From Gammaproteobacteria bacterium (lineage in GTDB: Bacteria; Pseudomonadota; Gammaproteobacteria; SZUA-229): 64,000 bases of DNA. The stretch lies in NCBI GenBank assembly GCA_029882395.1, contig JAOUKT010000010.1, forward strand, positions 1,032 to 65,031, read 5' to 3'. Positions 28,046 to 36,928 of this stretch are shown here, piece after piece (position 1 is the stretch's first letter; every line of letters starts with the position of its first letter). The notes under the pieces were generated by a model. That model was given only the letters and a program-made list of their open reading frames with translations, did no database searches and was not told the DNA's origin. The position numbers and the translations under genes were made by a program.

Positions 28046-28927
28046 ATGCAATCATCTCAGGCGGGCATACTGGCCGACAATACCAAACAAGCACGATACC
28101 TGTTTTTTTCAATCGCATCGATGGCTGAGATTGAAGAGGCTTTAGTCGCATTGAATCAACACGTCGACTGTGAAAAGACGGTGATCGGTTTTGGGCAGTC
28201 TTTGACTGAAGCAATGGGTAAAACCGTTGCCGGTTTATCGACTATGCCAGCACAAAGCACGAATGGAATCGAGATTCCGTCGACCCCGGCGGCATTATGG
28301 TGCTGGTTGCGCGGTGATGATCGCGGTGAATTATTGCACCGTTCACTGCAGATTGAAGAGCTGCTGGCACCGGCTTTTGTGTTAAATGATGTGATTGATT
28401 CGTTTATGTATGACCAGAGTCGCGACCTCAGTGGTTATGAGGATGGCACTGAAAATCCGCAAGGCGATGAAGCCATTGCTGCTGCCATTGTTCAGGGTCA
28501 GGGAGCAGGTTTGGATGGTGGCAGTTTTGTGGCTGTGCAACAGTGGCTGCATGATTTTGACTCACTGCAGTCGATGACAACGGAGCAGCGTGATGATGTG
28601 ATCGGGCGGCATATCAGTGATAACGAAGAATTTGACGAAGCACCAGAGTCTGCCCATGTTAAGCGCGCTGCGCAGGAAAGTTTTGAGCCAGAAGCGTTTC
28701 TGCTGAGGCGTTCGCTGCCATGGTTAGATGGCATGCAGGCGGGCCTGGTATTTGTTGCCTTTGCTAAATCGTTCGATGCCTTCGAGGCGGTTCTTAATCG
28801 AATGCTAGGCCACGAGGACAAAATCAGTGATGCCTTGTTCAGTTTTACCCGGCCGGTCAGCGGCGCCTATTTCTGGTGCCCGCCGGTGAGCAATGGCAGG
28901 CTGGATCTGAGTGCGCTCGGTCTTTAA
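28046..28927 (+). CDS. Dye-decolorizing (DyP-type) peroxidase
   Basis: DLSGYEDGTENP (GxxDG), GGSFVAVQQWLHD, AHV (proximal His), LRRS. Confidence 0.93.
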   Translation: MQSSQAGILADNTKQARYLFFSIASMAEIEEALVALNQHVDCEKTVIGFGQSLTEAMGKTVAGLSTMPAQSTNGIEIPSTPAALWCWLRGDDRGELLHRSLQIEELLAPAFVLNDVIDSFMYDQSRDLSGYEDGTENPQGDEAIAAAIVQGQGAGLDGGSFVAVQQWLHDFDSLQSMTTEQRDDVIGRHISDNEEFDEAPESAHVKRAAQESFEPEAFLLRRSLPWLDGMQAGLVFVAFAKSFDAFEAVLNRMLGHEDKISDALFSFTRPVSGAYFWCPPVSNGRLDLSALGL

Positions 28928-28933
28928 GCCTTG

Positions 28934-28951
28934 TCGGCCGTTAACGGCCGA
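28934..28951. repeat. Perfect 18-bp palindrome between convergent dyp and yaaA
   Basis: TCGGCCGTTAACGGCCGA. Confidence 0.7.
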
Positions 28952-29054
28952 GTAGCGAACGCCTGTGACCAGGCATTGACCGCCGCTTCAGCTCAATGCG
29001 GTTTGAATAAATGAGAGCCGCGCTTTATTGAGTGGCTGCCGGCTATGGCGCATG

Positions 29055-29825
29055 TTATTGCCGTCTGGTGAATACCCAGTTGTTGCCCTTGCTGGCCTTT
29101 TGGTTAAATGTATAACCTTCTTCATCAAAGGCTTTAATATCGTCAGGCTTGGATAACTGGTTTTGAATAATATAGCGGCTTAACAGTCCGCGGGCTTTTT
29201 TGGCATAGATGCCAATCATTTTATATTCGCCGTTTTTATACTCTTTGAACGCGGGCGTAATAATCTCAGCATTGATGGCTTTGGTTTTTACTGATTTAAA
29301 ATATTCATTGGAAGCAAGGTTAATTAAATGCTGTGATTTACTGGCTTTTAATTGTTTGTTGATGGCATCGGTAATGATGCTGCCCCAGAATTCATAGAGG
29401 TTTTTGCCGCGTTCATTATCAAGCCTTGTACCCATTTCAAGCCGATACGGAAACATTAAATCAAGTGGTCGCAGCAAACCGTACAAGCCAGACAGCATAC
29501 GGAAATGTTTCTGTGCAAACTTGATGTCAGCAGAAGAAAAGCTGTCCGCATCTAGGCCGGTATAAACATCGCCTTTAAAAGCAAACATCGCCTGTTTGGC
29601 ATTATCAGTGCTCAGCGGTAACGACCAGTCGGCATAACGATCAAAATTAAGCTCTGCCAGTTTCATGCTCAGGTGCATAAGCTCGGCAATGTCCATCGCT
29701 GAAAACTGACGCAGGCGATCGATTAAGATTTGTGAGTGTTCCAGAAACTCTGGCATGCTGCTGGTTTTGGTTTTAGCTGGGGTGTCGTAGTCGAGTTTTT
29801 TAGCCGGTGAAACAACGATTAGCAT
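29055..29825 (-). CDS. yaaA: Peroxide stress protein YaaA
   Basis: MLIVVSPAKKLD, FKGDVYTGL, LSGLYGLLRPLD, YRLEMG, NLASNEY, AKKARG. Confidence 0.95.
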   Translation of the reverse strand: MLIVVSPAKKLDYDTPAKTKTSSMPEFLEHSQILIDRLRQFSAMDIAELMHLSMKLAELNFDRYADWSLPLSTDNAKQAMFAFKGDVYTGLDADSFSSADIKFAQKHFRMLSGLYGLLRPLDLMFPYRLEMGTRLDNERGKNLYEFWGSIITDAINKQLKASKSQHLINLASNEYFKSVKTKAINAEIITPAFKEYKNGEYKMIGIYAKKARGLLSRYIIQNQLSKPDDIKAFDEEGYTFNQKASKGNNWVFTRRQ

Positions 29826-29878
29826 ATTTCTATTTCCGCGATTGGTTTGTTGGTTGCATTGATTATAACAAAGTTAAC

Positions 29879-30060
29879 GAGTCTTAAGTCCAAAGTCCAA
29901 AGTCCAAAGTCCAAAGTCCAAAGTCCAAAGTCCAAAGTCCAAAGTCCAAAGTCCAAAGTCCAAAGTCCAAAGTCCAAAGTCCAAAGTCCAAAGTCCAAAG
30001 TCCAAAGTCCAAAGTCTTAAGTCTTAATTCTTAAGTGTCAAGTCTCAAGTCAAAAGTCCT
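29879..30060. repeat. Heptamer tandem repeat, 18 perfect AAGTCCA units plus degenerate in-phase flanks
   Basis: Perfect units at 29886-30011; flanks GAGTCTT, AAGTCTT x2, AATTCTT, AAGTGTC, AAGTCTC, AAGTCAA, AAGTCCT. Confidence 0.97.
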
Positions 30061-30107
30061 GTTGCCGGGCTTGCGGCGATTGACTTCGGACCTATCCCTG
30101 CATGCTG

Positions 30108-30773
30108 TCAATCGAAAAAGCGGGTGAAAGCCTCGACTTTTTCGCGGCTGGTGCGGTAGCTGTTCACCAGTGCGCTTTTATCCTCGTAGCCCAGGGCCAT
30201 GCCGCAGAGCAGAACACTGTCGTTAGCGTAGCCTAACTGCTGTTTTACAATCTCGGGGTAATCAGCAAGTGCCGCTTGCGGACAGGTGGCGAGTCCTTCT
30301 GCCTGGGCGCTGAGCATTAGAGACTGTAAGAACATGCCGTAATCGAGATAGGAGCCGGCTTGCATGACGGGGTCAAGAAAAAACAAAAGCATCACAGGGG
30401 CATCAAAGGCGCGGAAGTTTTTTGCCCACTGGTCTAACTGTTTTTGTTTGTCGTCGCGTTTAATGTCCAGCGTTTTATACATTTGCAAACCACAGGCCCG
30501 GCGACGATCTTTATAAGGCGACTGCCATTCTAACGGGTAGTATTGATAATCGGCATGGGCTTTATCACCGTTACGAAAAGCGGTTTCGAGTTTTGTCTGT
30601 AATTCTTCTTTCTGTTTGCCACTAACAACTGCAACCTGCCAGGGTTGTGTGTTGGTTCCCGAGGGTGCATGCGAGGCGTTAGCCAGTATTTTTTCTATCA
30701 GCGATCTGTCGACCGTTTTTTGGAGAAAAGCACGGGTTGATTTTCTTTCCAGCAGAGCGTCAGTAACGTTCAT
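30108..30773 (-). CDS. Nitroreductase family protein
   Basis: RKSTRAF, APSGTNTQPW, DYGMFLQSLMLSAQAEGLATCPQ, GMALGY. Confidence 0.92.
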   Translation of the reverse strand: MNVTDALLERKSTRAFLQKTVDRSLIEKILANASHAPSGTNTQPWQVAVVSGKQKEELQTKLETAFRNGDKAHADYQYYPLEWQSPYKDRRRACGLQMYKTLDIKRDDKQKQLDQWAKNFRAFDAPVMLLFFLDPVMQAGSYLDYGMFLQSLMLSAQAEGLATCPQAALADYPEIVKQQLGYANDSVLLCGMALGYEDKSALVNSYRTSREKVEAFTRFFD

Positions 30774-30789
30774 GAGTGTTCCTGTTAAA

Positions 30790-32001
30790 TTAATTAGTGT
30801 CGAGTAATTCGATCCAGTGTTTCACCGCTGTCTGGGTGCCAGAGCTGAGGTGGTGCAGGCAACCGATATTGGCGGTTGCGATAAGGTCGGGCTTGTTTTC
30901 CTGCAGAGACTTGATTTTATTGGCTTTCAGTTGCTGGCTGATTGCAGGTTGTAATATTGAGTAAGTACCCGCTGAACCGCAGCACAGGTGGCCATCCGAA
31001 ATAGTATTTAATGTGAACCCGGCTCTCGACAAAATACCTTCGACCACGCCGTTTATTTTTTGCGCATGTTGCAAGGTGCAGGGCGAATGAAATGAAATGG
31101 TTTGTCTGGCTGTTATCTGTAACGGGCTTAAATCTTCAGTGGCGATGATTTCAGACAGGTCTTTGCAGTGCTGACTAATCACCCTGGCTTTATCGGCATA
31201 TTCAGCATCGTGACGAAGTATATAACCGTAGTCTTTGACCATGGCACCGCAGCCGCTGGCTGTTATCACAATGGCTTCGGCTTCAGCTGACTCAATCAAT
31301 GGCCACCATTGGTCAATATTTTGTTTGATAAAAACACTTGCAGTGTCTTCATCATCCAGGTGCTGATTGACCGCGCCGCAGCATTGAGCCAGCGGTTTGT
31401 TAATGAGCTCAATGCCGAGTTTGCCGAGCACCCTCGATGTGGCAGCGTTGATGGATGGGCTGAGTGAGGGTTGTACGCAGCCATTGAGAATCAGCATTTT
31501 TCGTTTTTGTGAGCGTTTGCTCCACTCGGTGTTTCCGGTGATATCCGGTATCGTTTGTTTTAATTTTTTGGGCAACAGGGGCTTAAACAAGCGGCCCAAA
31601 GCCATCGCGGCGGAAAACCGCTTTGGATAGGGCAGTAGCGAGCGCAATAGCTGTCGTATTAACCTGACAGCTAACGGCCGTCGGACTTTTTGATCGACCA
31701 GATGACGGCCAATTTCAAGCAAATGTGAATAATCGACACCAGAGGGGCAGGTGGTCTCACACGAGCGGCAAACAAGGCAGCGGTCAAGGTGCTGCTGGGT
31801 TTTCTGACTGACCTCGTTACCTTCAAGCAATTGTTTAATCAGATAGATGCGGCCACGGGGCGAGTCGAGTTCATCGCCTAATAACTGATAGGTGGGGCAG
31901 GTTGCGGTACAAAAACCACAGTGTACGCAGCTGCGCAAAATCTCTTCGGCACGCTGACCGCTTAAAGACTGATTGTATTCGGGGCTGATTTTGGTTTGCA
32001 T
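30790..32001 (-). CDS. glcF: Glycolate oxidase iron-sulfur subunit
   Basis: CVHCGFCTATCPTY, DSPRGRI, CLVCRSCETTCPSGV, two CCG motifs, ANIGC. Confidence 0.95.
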   Translation of the reverse strand: MQTKISPEYNQSLSGQRAEEILRSCVHCGFCTATCPTYQLLGDELDSPRGRIYLIKQLLEGNEVSQKTQQHLDRCLVCRSCETTCPSGVDYSHLLEIGRHLVDQKVRRPLAVRLIRQLLRSLLPYPKRFSAAMALGRLFKPLLPKKLKQTIPDITGNTEWSKRSQKRKMLILNGCVQPSLSPSINAATSRVLGKLGIELINKPLAQCCGAVNQHLDDEDTASVFIKQNIDQWWPLIESAEAEAIVITASGCGAMVKDYGYILRHDAEYADKARVISQHCKDLSEIIATEDLSPLQITARQTISFHSPCTLQHAQKINGVVEGILSRAGFTLNTISDGHLCCGSAGTYSILQPAISQQLKANKIKSLQENKPDLIATANIGCLHHLSSGTQTAVKHWIELLDTN

Positions 32002-32004
32002 GGC

Positions 32005-33087
32005 TTATAACTCTTTATACAGACGGCCGGGGTTTAGAATGCCGGCAGGATCAAAAGCTTTATTCAGGCGCTGGTGCAGCGAATGCATGCCAGGGGCAAG
32101 TGGCTGAAAATATTCGGTTGCCTGAGGGTAGTTCTTATAAGCCGTGACATGGCCGCCGAGCGTGCGGGCTGTATCCCTTAACTGTTGAATGGGTAAATCT
32201 GTTTTCAGCCAGCGTAATGCGCCGCCCCATTCGATCAGCTGCTCACCGCCTGGCTCGATGTCCTCTGCGGTGGCCGGCAATGACAAGCGGGCTATCGATT
32301 GCGAGGTATCAAAAAATGCATGCTGTTGTTCTGTTATCGATGTCCAGAATGCCTTGCTGTCGGCTATTTCAGTGGCATTTATCTTTTGGCTAATGGCCTG
32401 GCTGGCGGATAGACAGTTCATTTCGCTGCTGTTGAGGCGGATATAAAGATGGCCGTCGAGATAAACGCTGGCGCTGATCGGCCAGTTCTGGGCTGACAAT
32501 GCATTTATATTCTTAATCGCAGAGTTGATGTGCTGCTGGCTTTTTATGGTGATTTCGGTCTGTGCTAGCGGCAGCACTTTTAAAGACACTTCCAGTATTA
32601 GGCCTAATGTGCCGTAAGCGCCAGCCATCAGTCGCGAGGCATCGTAACCGGCCACATTTTTCATCACCTGACCACCAAATTGCATATCATCACCCTTGCC
32701 ATTAATGATGCGCGAACCGAGAACAAAATCGCGTGCGGCACCTGAATACGCTCGGGCCGGGCCGGATAAATTGCAGGCAATGGTGCCGCCGATAGTGGCG
32801 CTATCGGCAAATGACGGCGGCTCAAACGGCAGACTTTGATTGTTTTCTGCCAGCGCCTGTTTAATCTCATGGAGCGTGGTGCCGCTACGGGCGGTAATTA
32901 CCAGTTCACTGGCGTCGTAACTGATGATGCCGGTATGCTCTGCGGTTGAGATATTTATCGAAGCCTGCGAGTCTGGGGGCGCATTGCCGATGAAAGCTTT
33001 GCTGTTACCGCCTTCAATGCGGCAATGCGTTTTGTTTTTATAGGCGGCTAATATCTGCGCCTGTAGATCGTTTGTTAGATTGTTCAT
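32005..33087 (-). CDS. glcE: Glycolate oxidase FAD-binding subunit
   Basis: LPFEPP, GGQVMKNVAGYD, IEWGGALRW, FDPAGILNPGR; between glcD and glcF. Confidence 0.93.
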   Translation of the reverse strand: MNNLTNDLQAQILAAYKNKTHCRIEGGNSKAFIGNAPPDSQASINISTAEHTGIISYDASELVITARSGTTLHEIKQALAENNQSLPFEPPSFADSATIGGTIACNLSGPARAYSGAARDFVLGSRIINGKGDDMQFGGQVMKNVAGYDASRLMAGAYGTLGLILEVSLKVLPLAQTEITIKSQQHINSAIKNINALSAQNWPISASVYLDGHLYIRLNSSEMNCLSASQAISQKINATEIADSKAFWTSITEQQHAFFDTSQSIARLSLPATAEDIEPGGEQLIEWGGALRWLKTDLPIQQLRDTARTLGGHVTAYKNYPQATEYFQPLAPGMHSLHQRLNKAFDPAGILNPGRLYKEL

Positions 33088-33093
33088 AATAAT

Positions 33094-34560
33094 TTAAAAA
33101 CGTGGTAGTTCAGGATGAGGCAGTTTGCCTTCGTGGACATGCATGGCGCCCAGTTCGGCGCAGCGATGCAGGGTCGGTACCGCTTTGCCGGGGTTTAATA
33201 AACCGGCCGGGTCGAATGCCGCTTTTATGGCATGAAATTGTGACAATTCAGCGGTTTTGAATTGCACACACATCTGGTCAATTTTTTCGATACCGACCCC
33301 GTGCTCGCCGGTAATGGTGCCACCGGCTGCTACGCAGGCTTCGAGAATCTTGGCACCAAATTCTTCGGTGCGTTCGAGTTCGCCTTCAATATTGGCATCA
33401 TAAAGAATCAGCGGGTGCATATTGCCATCACCGGCATGAAAAACATTGGCCACCGGCAACTCATATTCTTTAGATAAGTCGGCAATGCGTTTTAAAATAT
33501 TCGCCAGCTCCCGGCGCGGAATGGTGCCGTCCATGCAGTAATAATCTGGCGCCATTCGGCCCACGGCAGGGAAGGCTGATTTGCGCCCCTGCCAGAATTT
33601 TGCGCGCTCGGTGTCATCTTTGGCCAGCCGGGTCTCGCTAGCACCACTTTCAAGCAGCACTTTTTCTGCTAAGGGTATCAGCTCGTCGACTTCGATTGTA
33701 TTGCCGTCGAGTTCACACAATAAAATGGCTTCAGCATCAAGCGGGTAGTCGGCATGAATGAAGTCTTCAGCGGCTTTAATGGCGAGTTTGTCCATCATTT
33801 CGAGGCCGGCAGGGATAATGCCGGCAGAAATGATATTAGCCACAGCATTGCCGGCTTTGTAGATATCATCGAAAGAGGCCATGATCACTTTTGCCTGTTC
33901 GGGCATGGGCAACAGTTTAACGGTAATGTCGACGATGATACCGAGCATGCCTTCGGAGCCAGTCATCAGCGCCAGTAAGTCATAACCGGGGCTGTCGAGG
34001 GCCTCGCTGCCGATAGTAAGCCGCTCGCCCTCGACGGTGACGATATCCAGTTTTAGAATATTGTGCACCGTGAGGCCGTATTTTAAACAATGCACGCCGC
34101 CCGAATTCTCTGCCACGTTGCCGCCTATGGTGCAGGCGATCTGTGAAGAGGGATCCGGTGCGTAGTAAAGACCGTGTGGTTTGGCGGCTTCTGAAATCGC
34201 CAGATTGCGAACGCCGGGCTGTACATTGGCAGTACGGGCTAAGGGGTCAATATCGAGTATCTGTTTAAATTTAGCCAGGCTCAGTAAAACACTGTCTGCC
34301 ATTGGCAAGGCGCCGCCGGATAAGCCGGTACCGGCACCACGCGCAATCACGGCAACCTGATGTTGATGGCAGAGTTTCATGATTTGCTGAATCTGCTCAA
34401 TGCTACTGGGTAAAACCACCAATAACGGAGTTTGACGATAGGCTGAGAGGCCATCGCATTCGTAGGGGTGCAAGTCTTCCTGTTCCGAGAGAATAGCGTC
34501 AGCGGGCAGTATCTGCATCAAAGCCGGTAAAATGGTCTGTTTAATGGTATCTATCTGCAA
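33094..34560 (-). CDS. glcD: Glycolate oxidase subunit D
   Basis: YECDGL, RGAGTGLSGGA, YAPDPSSQIACTIGGNVAENSGG, HAGDGNMHP, ITGEHGVG. Confidence 0.95.
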   Translation of the reverse strand: MQIDTIKQTILPALMQILPADAILSEQEDLHPYECDGLSAYRQTPLLVVLPSSIEQIQQIMKLCHQHQVAVIARGAGTGLSGGALPMADSVLLSLAKFKQILDIDPLARTANVQPGVRNLAISEAAKPHGLYYAPDPSSQIACTIGGNVAENSGGVHCLKYGLTVHNILKLDIVTVEGERLTIGSEALDSPGYDLLALMTGSEGMLGIIVDITVKLLPMPEQAKVIMASFDDIYKAGNAVANIISAGIIPAGLEMMDKLAIKAAEDFIHADYPLDAEAILLCELDGNTIEVDELIPLAEKVLLESGASETRLAKDDTERAKFWQGRKSAFPAVGRMAPDYYCMDGTIPRRELANILKRIADLSKEYELPVANVFHAGDGNMHPLILYDANIEGELERTEEFGAKILEACVAAGGTITGEHGVGIEKIDQMCVQFKTAELSQFHAIKAAFDPAGLLNPGKAVPTLHRCAELGAMHVHEGKLPHPELPRF

Positions 34561-34726
34561 TGTTTCTGTCTCGATTAAAAGTTATGTCTGCAGGGTGGCT
34601 TAGATTAACGGGAATTTCAACTAATAACGCATAAGGTTATTATGCTGGTTGTTATAGAGGTTATCTACACAGCAGGCTGACTGGATAAAGGCGCACTGCT
34701 GTGTATAGCATTAGCGGTACTTGGGT

Positions 34727-35728
34727 TTAATCCCTACGCACGATATTTCTGAACGCGTCGTACTGGCGCTGGTTATGTTTCTGGCTGATGTACATCGGTA
34801 CGATATCTTCAATCGCTGTTTTTTGAGTATCGCTATCGTTACAGACGCTGTCGACCAGTAAAGAGCGGTAATTATCCACAGAGAAACGGGCTTTCTCAAA
34901 ACCCGGGATCAGCCAGTTCATCATAGGCGTCACCAGCGGTATGCTGTTTGCAAAGTCAGACATGTGCGCCATCGCCAGCGATAGGCGATCAGGCAGCGCG
35001 ATGAATTTACGTTTGATACCCATTAGTGAGGCAGTATATTGCATGATTTCCATCATGCTATAGGTATTCGGGCCGCAGAGATCGATGCGCAGGCCGTTAC
35101 TGGCCGGGTTAAATAAATGTTCGATCATTGAATCGGCGACATCGCCAACATAGACCGGTGCAAAACGGCAATTGGCTCTGGGCACGGGACAAATCAGAGG
35201 CGTGACTTTTAATAATTTACTGAAACGATTAAAAAAATTATCGCCGGGGCCAAAAATAATTGAGGGGCGGAAGGTGGTGATTTGGATACCTTTGTCACTG
35301 AAGATATGCAGGTGATTTTCGCCTTCACTTTTTGTACGCAAGTAGTGGCTGGGCGAAGTGCCGGCATCTGCATTCAATACGCTCATTTGTAATAAACGTT
35401 TGATATTGTGCTTTTGGCAGGCCTGAACCAGTAGTTTTGGCAGCTCAGTATGGGCTTTTCTGAAACCGGAACCGTCGAGTGAATTGTCATTCAGAATGCC
35501 GACCAGATTGATCACGGCATGCATGCCATGAAGATAATAAGAAAGGCGGTTAAAATCATTAACATCGGCTTCAACGATTTCAACATTCGGCAGCACCAGC
35601 AGGTTACGGTGGCGTTCTGGGTGTCGGCTTATGATACGGGTGTGAATTCCTCTGGCGGCTAGTTTACTGACAAGTGTGCTGCCGACAAAACCAGCACCAC
35701 CCAAAATACAGACTTTGCTAATATTCAT
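34727..35728 (-). CDS. Complex I NDUFA9-family NAD-dependent epimerase/dehydratase
   Basis: GGAGFVG Rossmann motif, INLVGIL, YLRTKSEGE, RPSIIFGPGD, PVYVGDVA. Confidence 0.88.
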   Translation of the reverse strand: MNISKVCILGGAGFVGSTLVSKLAARGIHTRIISRHPERHRNLLVLPNVEIVEADVNDFNRLSYYLHGMHAVINLVGILNDNSLDGSGFRKAHTELPKLLVQACQKHNIKRLLQMSVLNADAGTSPSHYLRTKSEGENHLHIFSDKGIQITTFRPSIIFGPGDNFFNRFSKLLKVTPLICPVPRANCRFAPVYVGDVADSMIEHLFNPASNGLRIDLCGPNTYSMMEIMQYTASLMGIKRKFIALPDRLSLAMAHMSDFANSIPLVTPMMNWLIPGFEKARFSVDNYRSLLVDSVCNDSDTQKTAIEDIVPMYISQKHNQRQYDAFRNIVRRD

Positions 35729-36007
35729 TTAAGGCCCATTCTAATCTTTATTATTTCAACATTACAAAAACGCTTGAGATCGAGTTTTGGTAATAGTGAT
35801 GTTTTTTTTATTGTTAACGATCAATAATGACGTTTTAGGAGGCAATTGACAAGTTTATGGGGATAAAAAGGCCTGTTTTCCGACTTAAGAGTTGATTTCA
35901 TGTCGCTGGCAGAAGAAATTAAAGCGGTTTTGTATTGTAAGCTGATGATTGAGACGATTAGCGGACATCAAAGCGCTATTGGCAGTTTAAACGGGGTTTA
36001 AAGGCGG

Positions 36008-36928
36008 ATGTTTTTAGAATTAAAATCCAGAATCCAGGCTTGCAAGCTATCTTTAGTGGCTTTGAGTTACCTTGGCGTGGTGCTGATCTGGTCAACAACA
36101 CCGCTGGCCATAAAATGGAGCGCTGAAGAAACGGGTTTTGTTTTCGCCGTCTTGAGCAGAATGCTGATCGGTGCTGTGCTGGCACTGTTAATCCTGGTAA
36201 TTGTTAAGCGAAAATTAGAGTACAGCAAAGCCGCAATAAAAGTCTATCTGGCAGCTGCGCTTTCTATTTATGGTTCAATGCAGCTGGTTTACTGGGGCGC
36301 GGTGTATATACCATCGGGTCTGATCGCGGTGATATTTGGCTTCGCACCTGTTTTAACCAGTTTATTAGCAAATAAATACCTGAATGAAAAAAAGACCCGC
36401 CACTATCAGTGGCTGGCGATGGCCGTCAGTATTGCGGGTTTAACGATCATTTTCTTTGATGCCTTTATTGCAGGCCTATTAATTATCAAAGGTACTTTTT
36501 TGATCCTGCTGGCCGTCGTGTTGCATAGCAGTAGCGCTGTAATGATCAAGGCCTTGAAGGTGAAAATGTCAGCGCTTTCGCTGACTACCGGCGGTTTGTT
36601 AATATCCCTTCCCCTGTTTGCCGTCACCTGGTTTATGAATGATGTGGCTCTGCCGACAGAAATTAGTGTTAAGGCGGCCTTCTCAATCGTCTATCTGGCT
36701 GCTATGGGGTCGGTTGTGGGTTTCGTGTTATATTATTTTTTACTGGAATCATTAACCGCATCAGTGGTCGCTCTGATTACGTTGATCACGCCGGTGAGTG
36801 CGTTATTGCTGGGCGTGTTTTTAAATAATGAGGTGATTACTATTAATCTACTAACAGGGACTTTGCTTGTGCTCGCAGGTCTGGTGTTTTATCAATGGGG
36901 ACATGCGTTTATTCGGCGAACGGACTAA
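36008..36928 (+). CDS. DMT/EamA family transporter
   Basis: About 10 TM helices; VVLIWSTTPLAIKWS, IPSGLIAVIFG, GSVVGF, ITPVSAL. Confidence 0.9.
   Translation: MFLELKSRIQACKLSLVALSYLGVVLIWSTTPLAIKWSAEETGFVFAVLSRMLIGAVLALLILVIVKRKLEYSKAAIKVYLAAALSIYGSMQLVYWGAVYIPSGLIAVIFGFAPVLTSLLANKYLNEKKTRHYQWLAMAVSIAGLTIIFFDAFIAGLLIIKGTFLILLAVVLHSSSAVMIKALKVKMSALSLTTGGLLISLPLFAVTWFMNDVALPTEISVKAAFSIVYLAAMGSVVGFVLYYFLLESLTASVVALITLITPVSALLLGVFLNNEVITINLLTGTLLVLAGLVFYQWGHAFIRRTD

Noticed and set aside
28880-28927. DyP C-terminus (GRLDLSALGL) as an encapsulin targeting peptide
   Set aside because: Does not match the GSLxIGSL-type consensus, lacks a flexible linker, and there is no encapsulin gene nearby.
29879-30060. 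Repeat array as a CRISPR
   Set aside because: Contiguous 7-bp units with no spacers and no cas genes; a simple tandem repeat.
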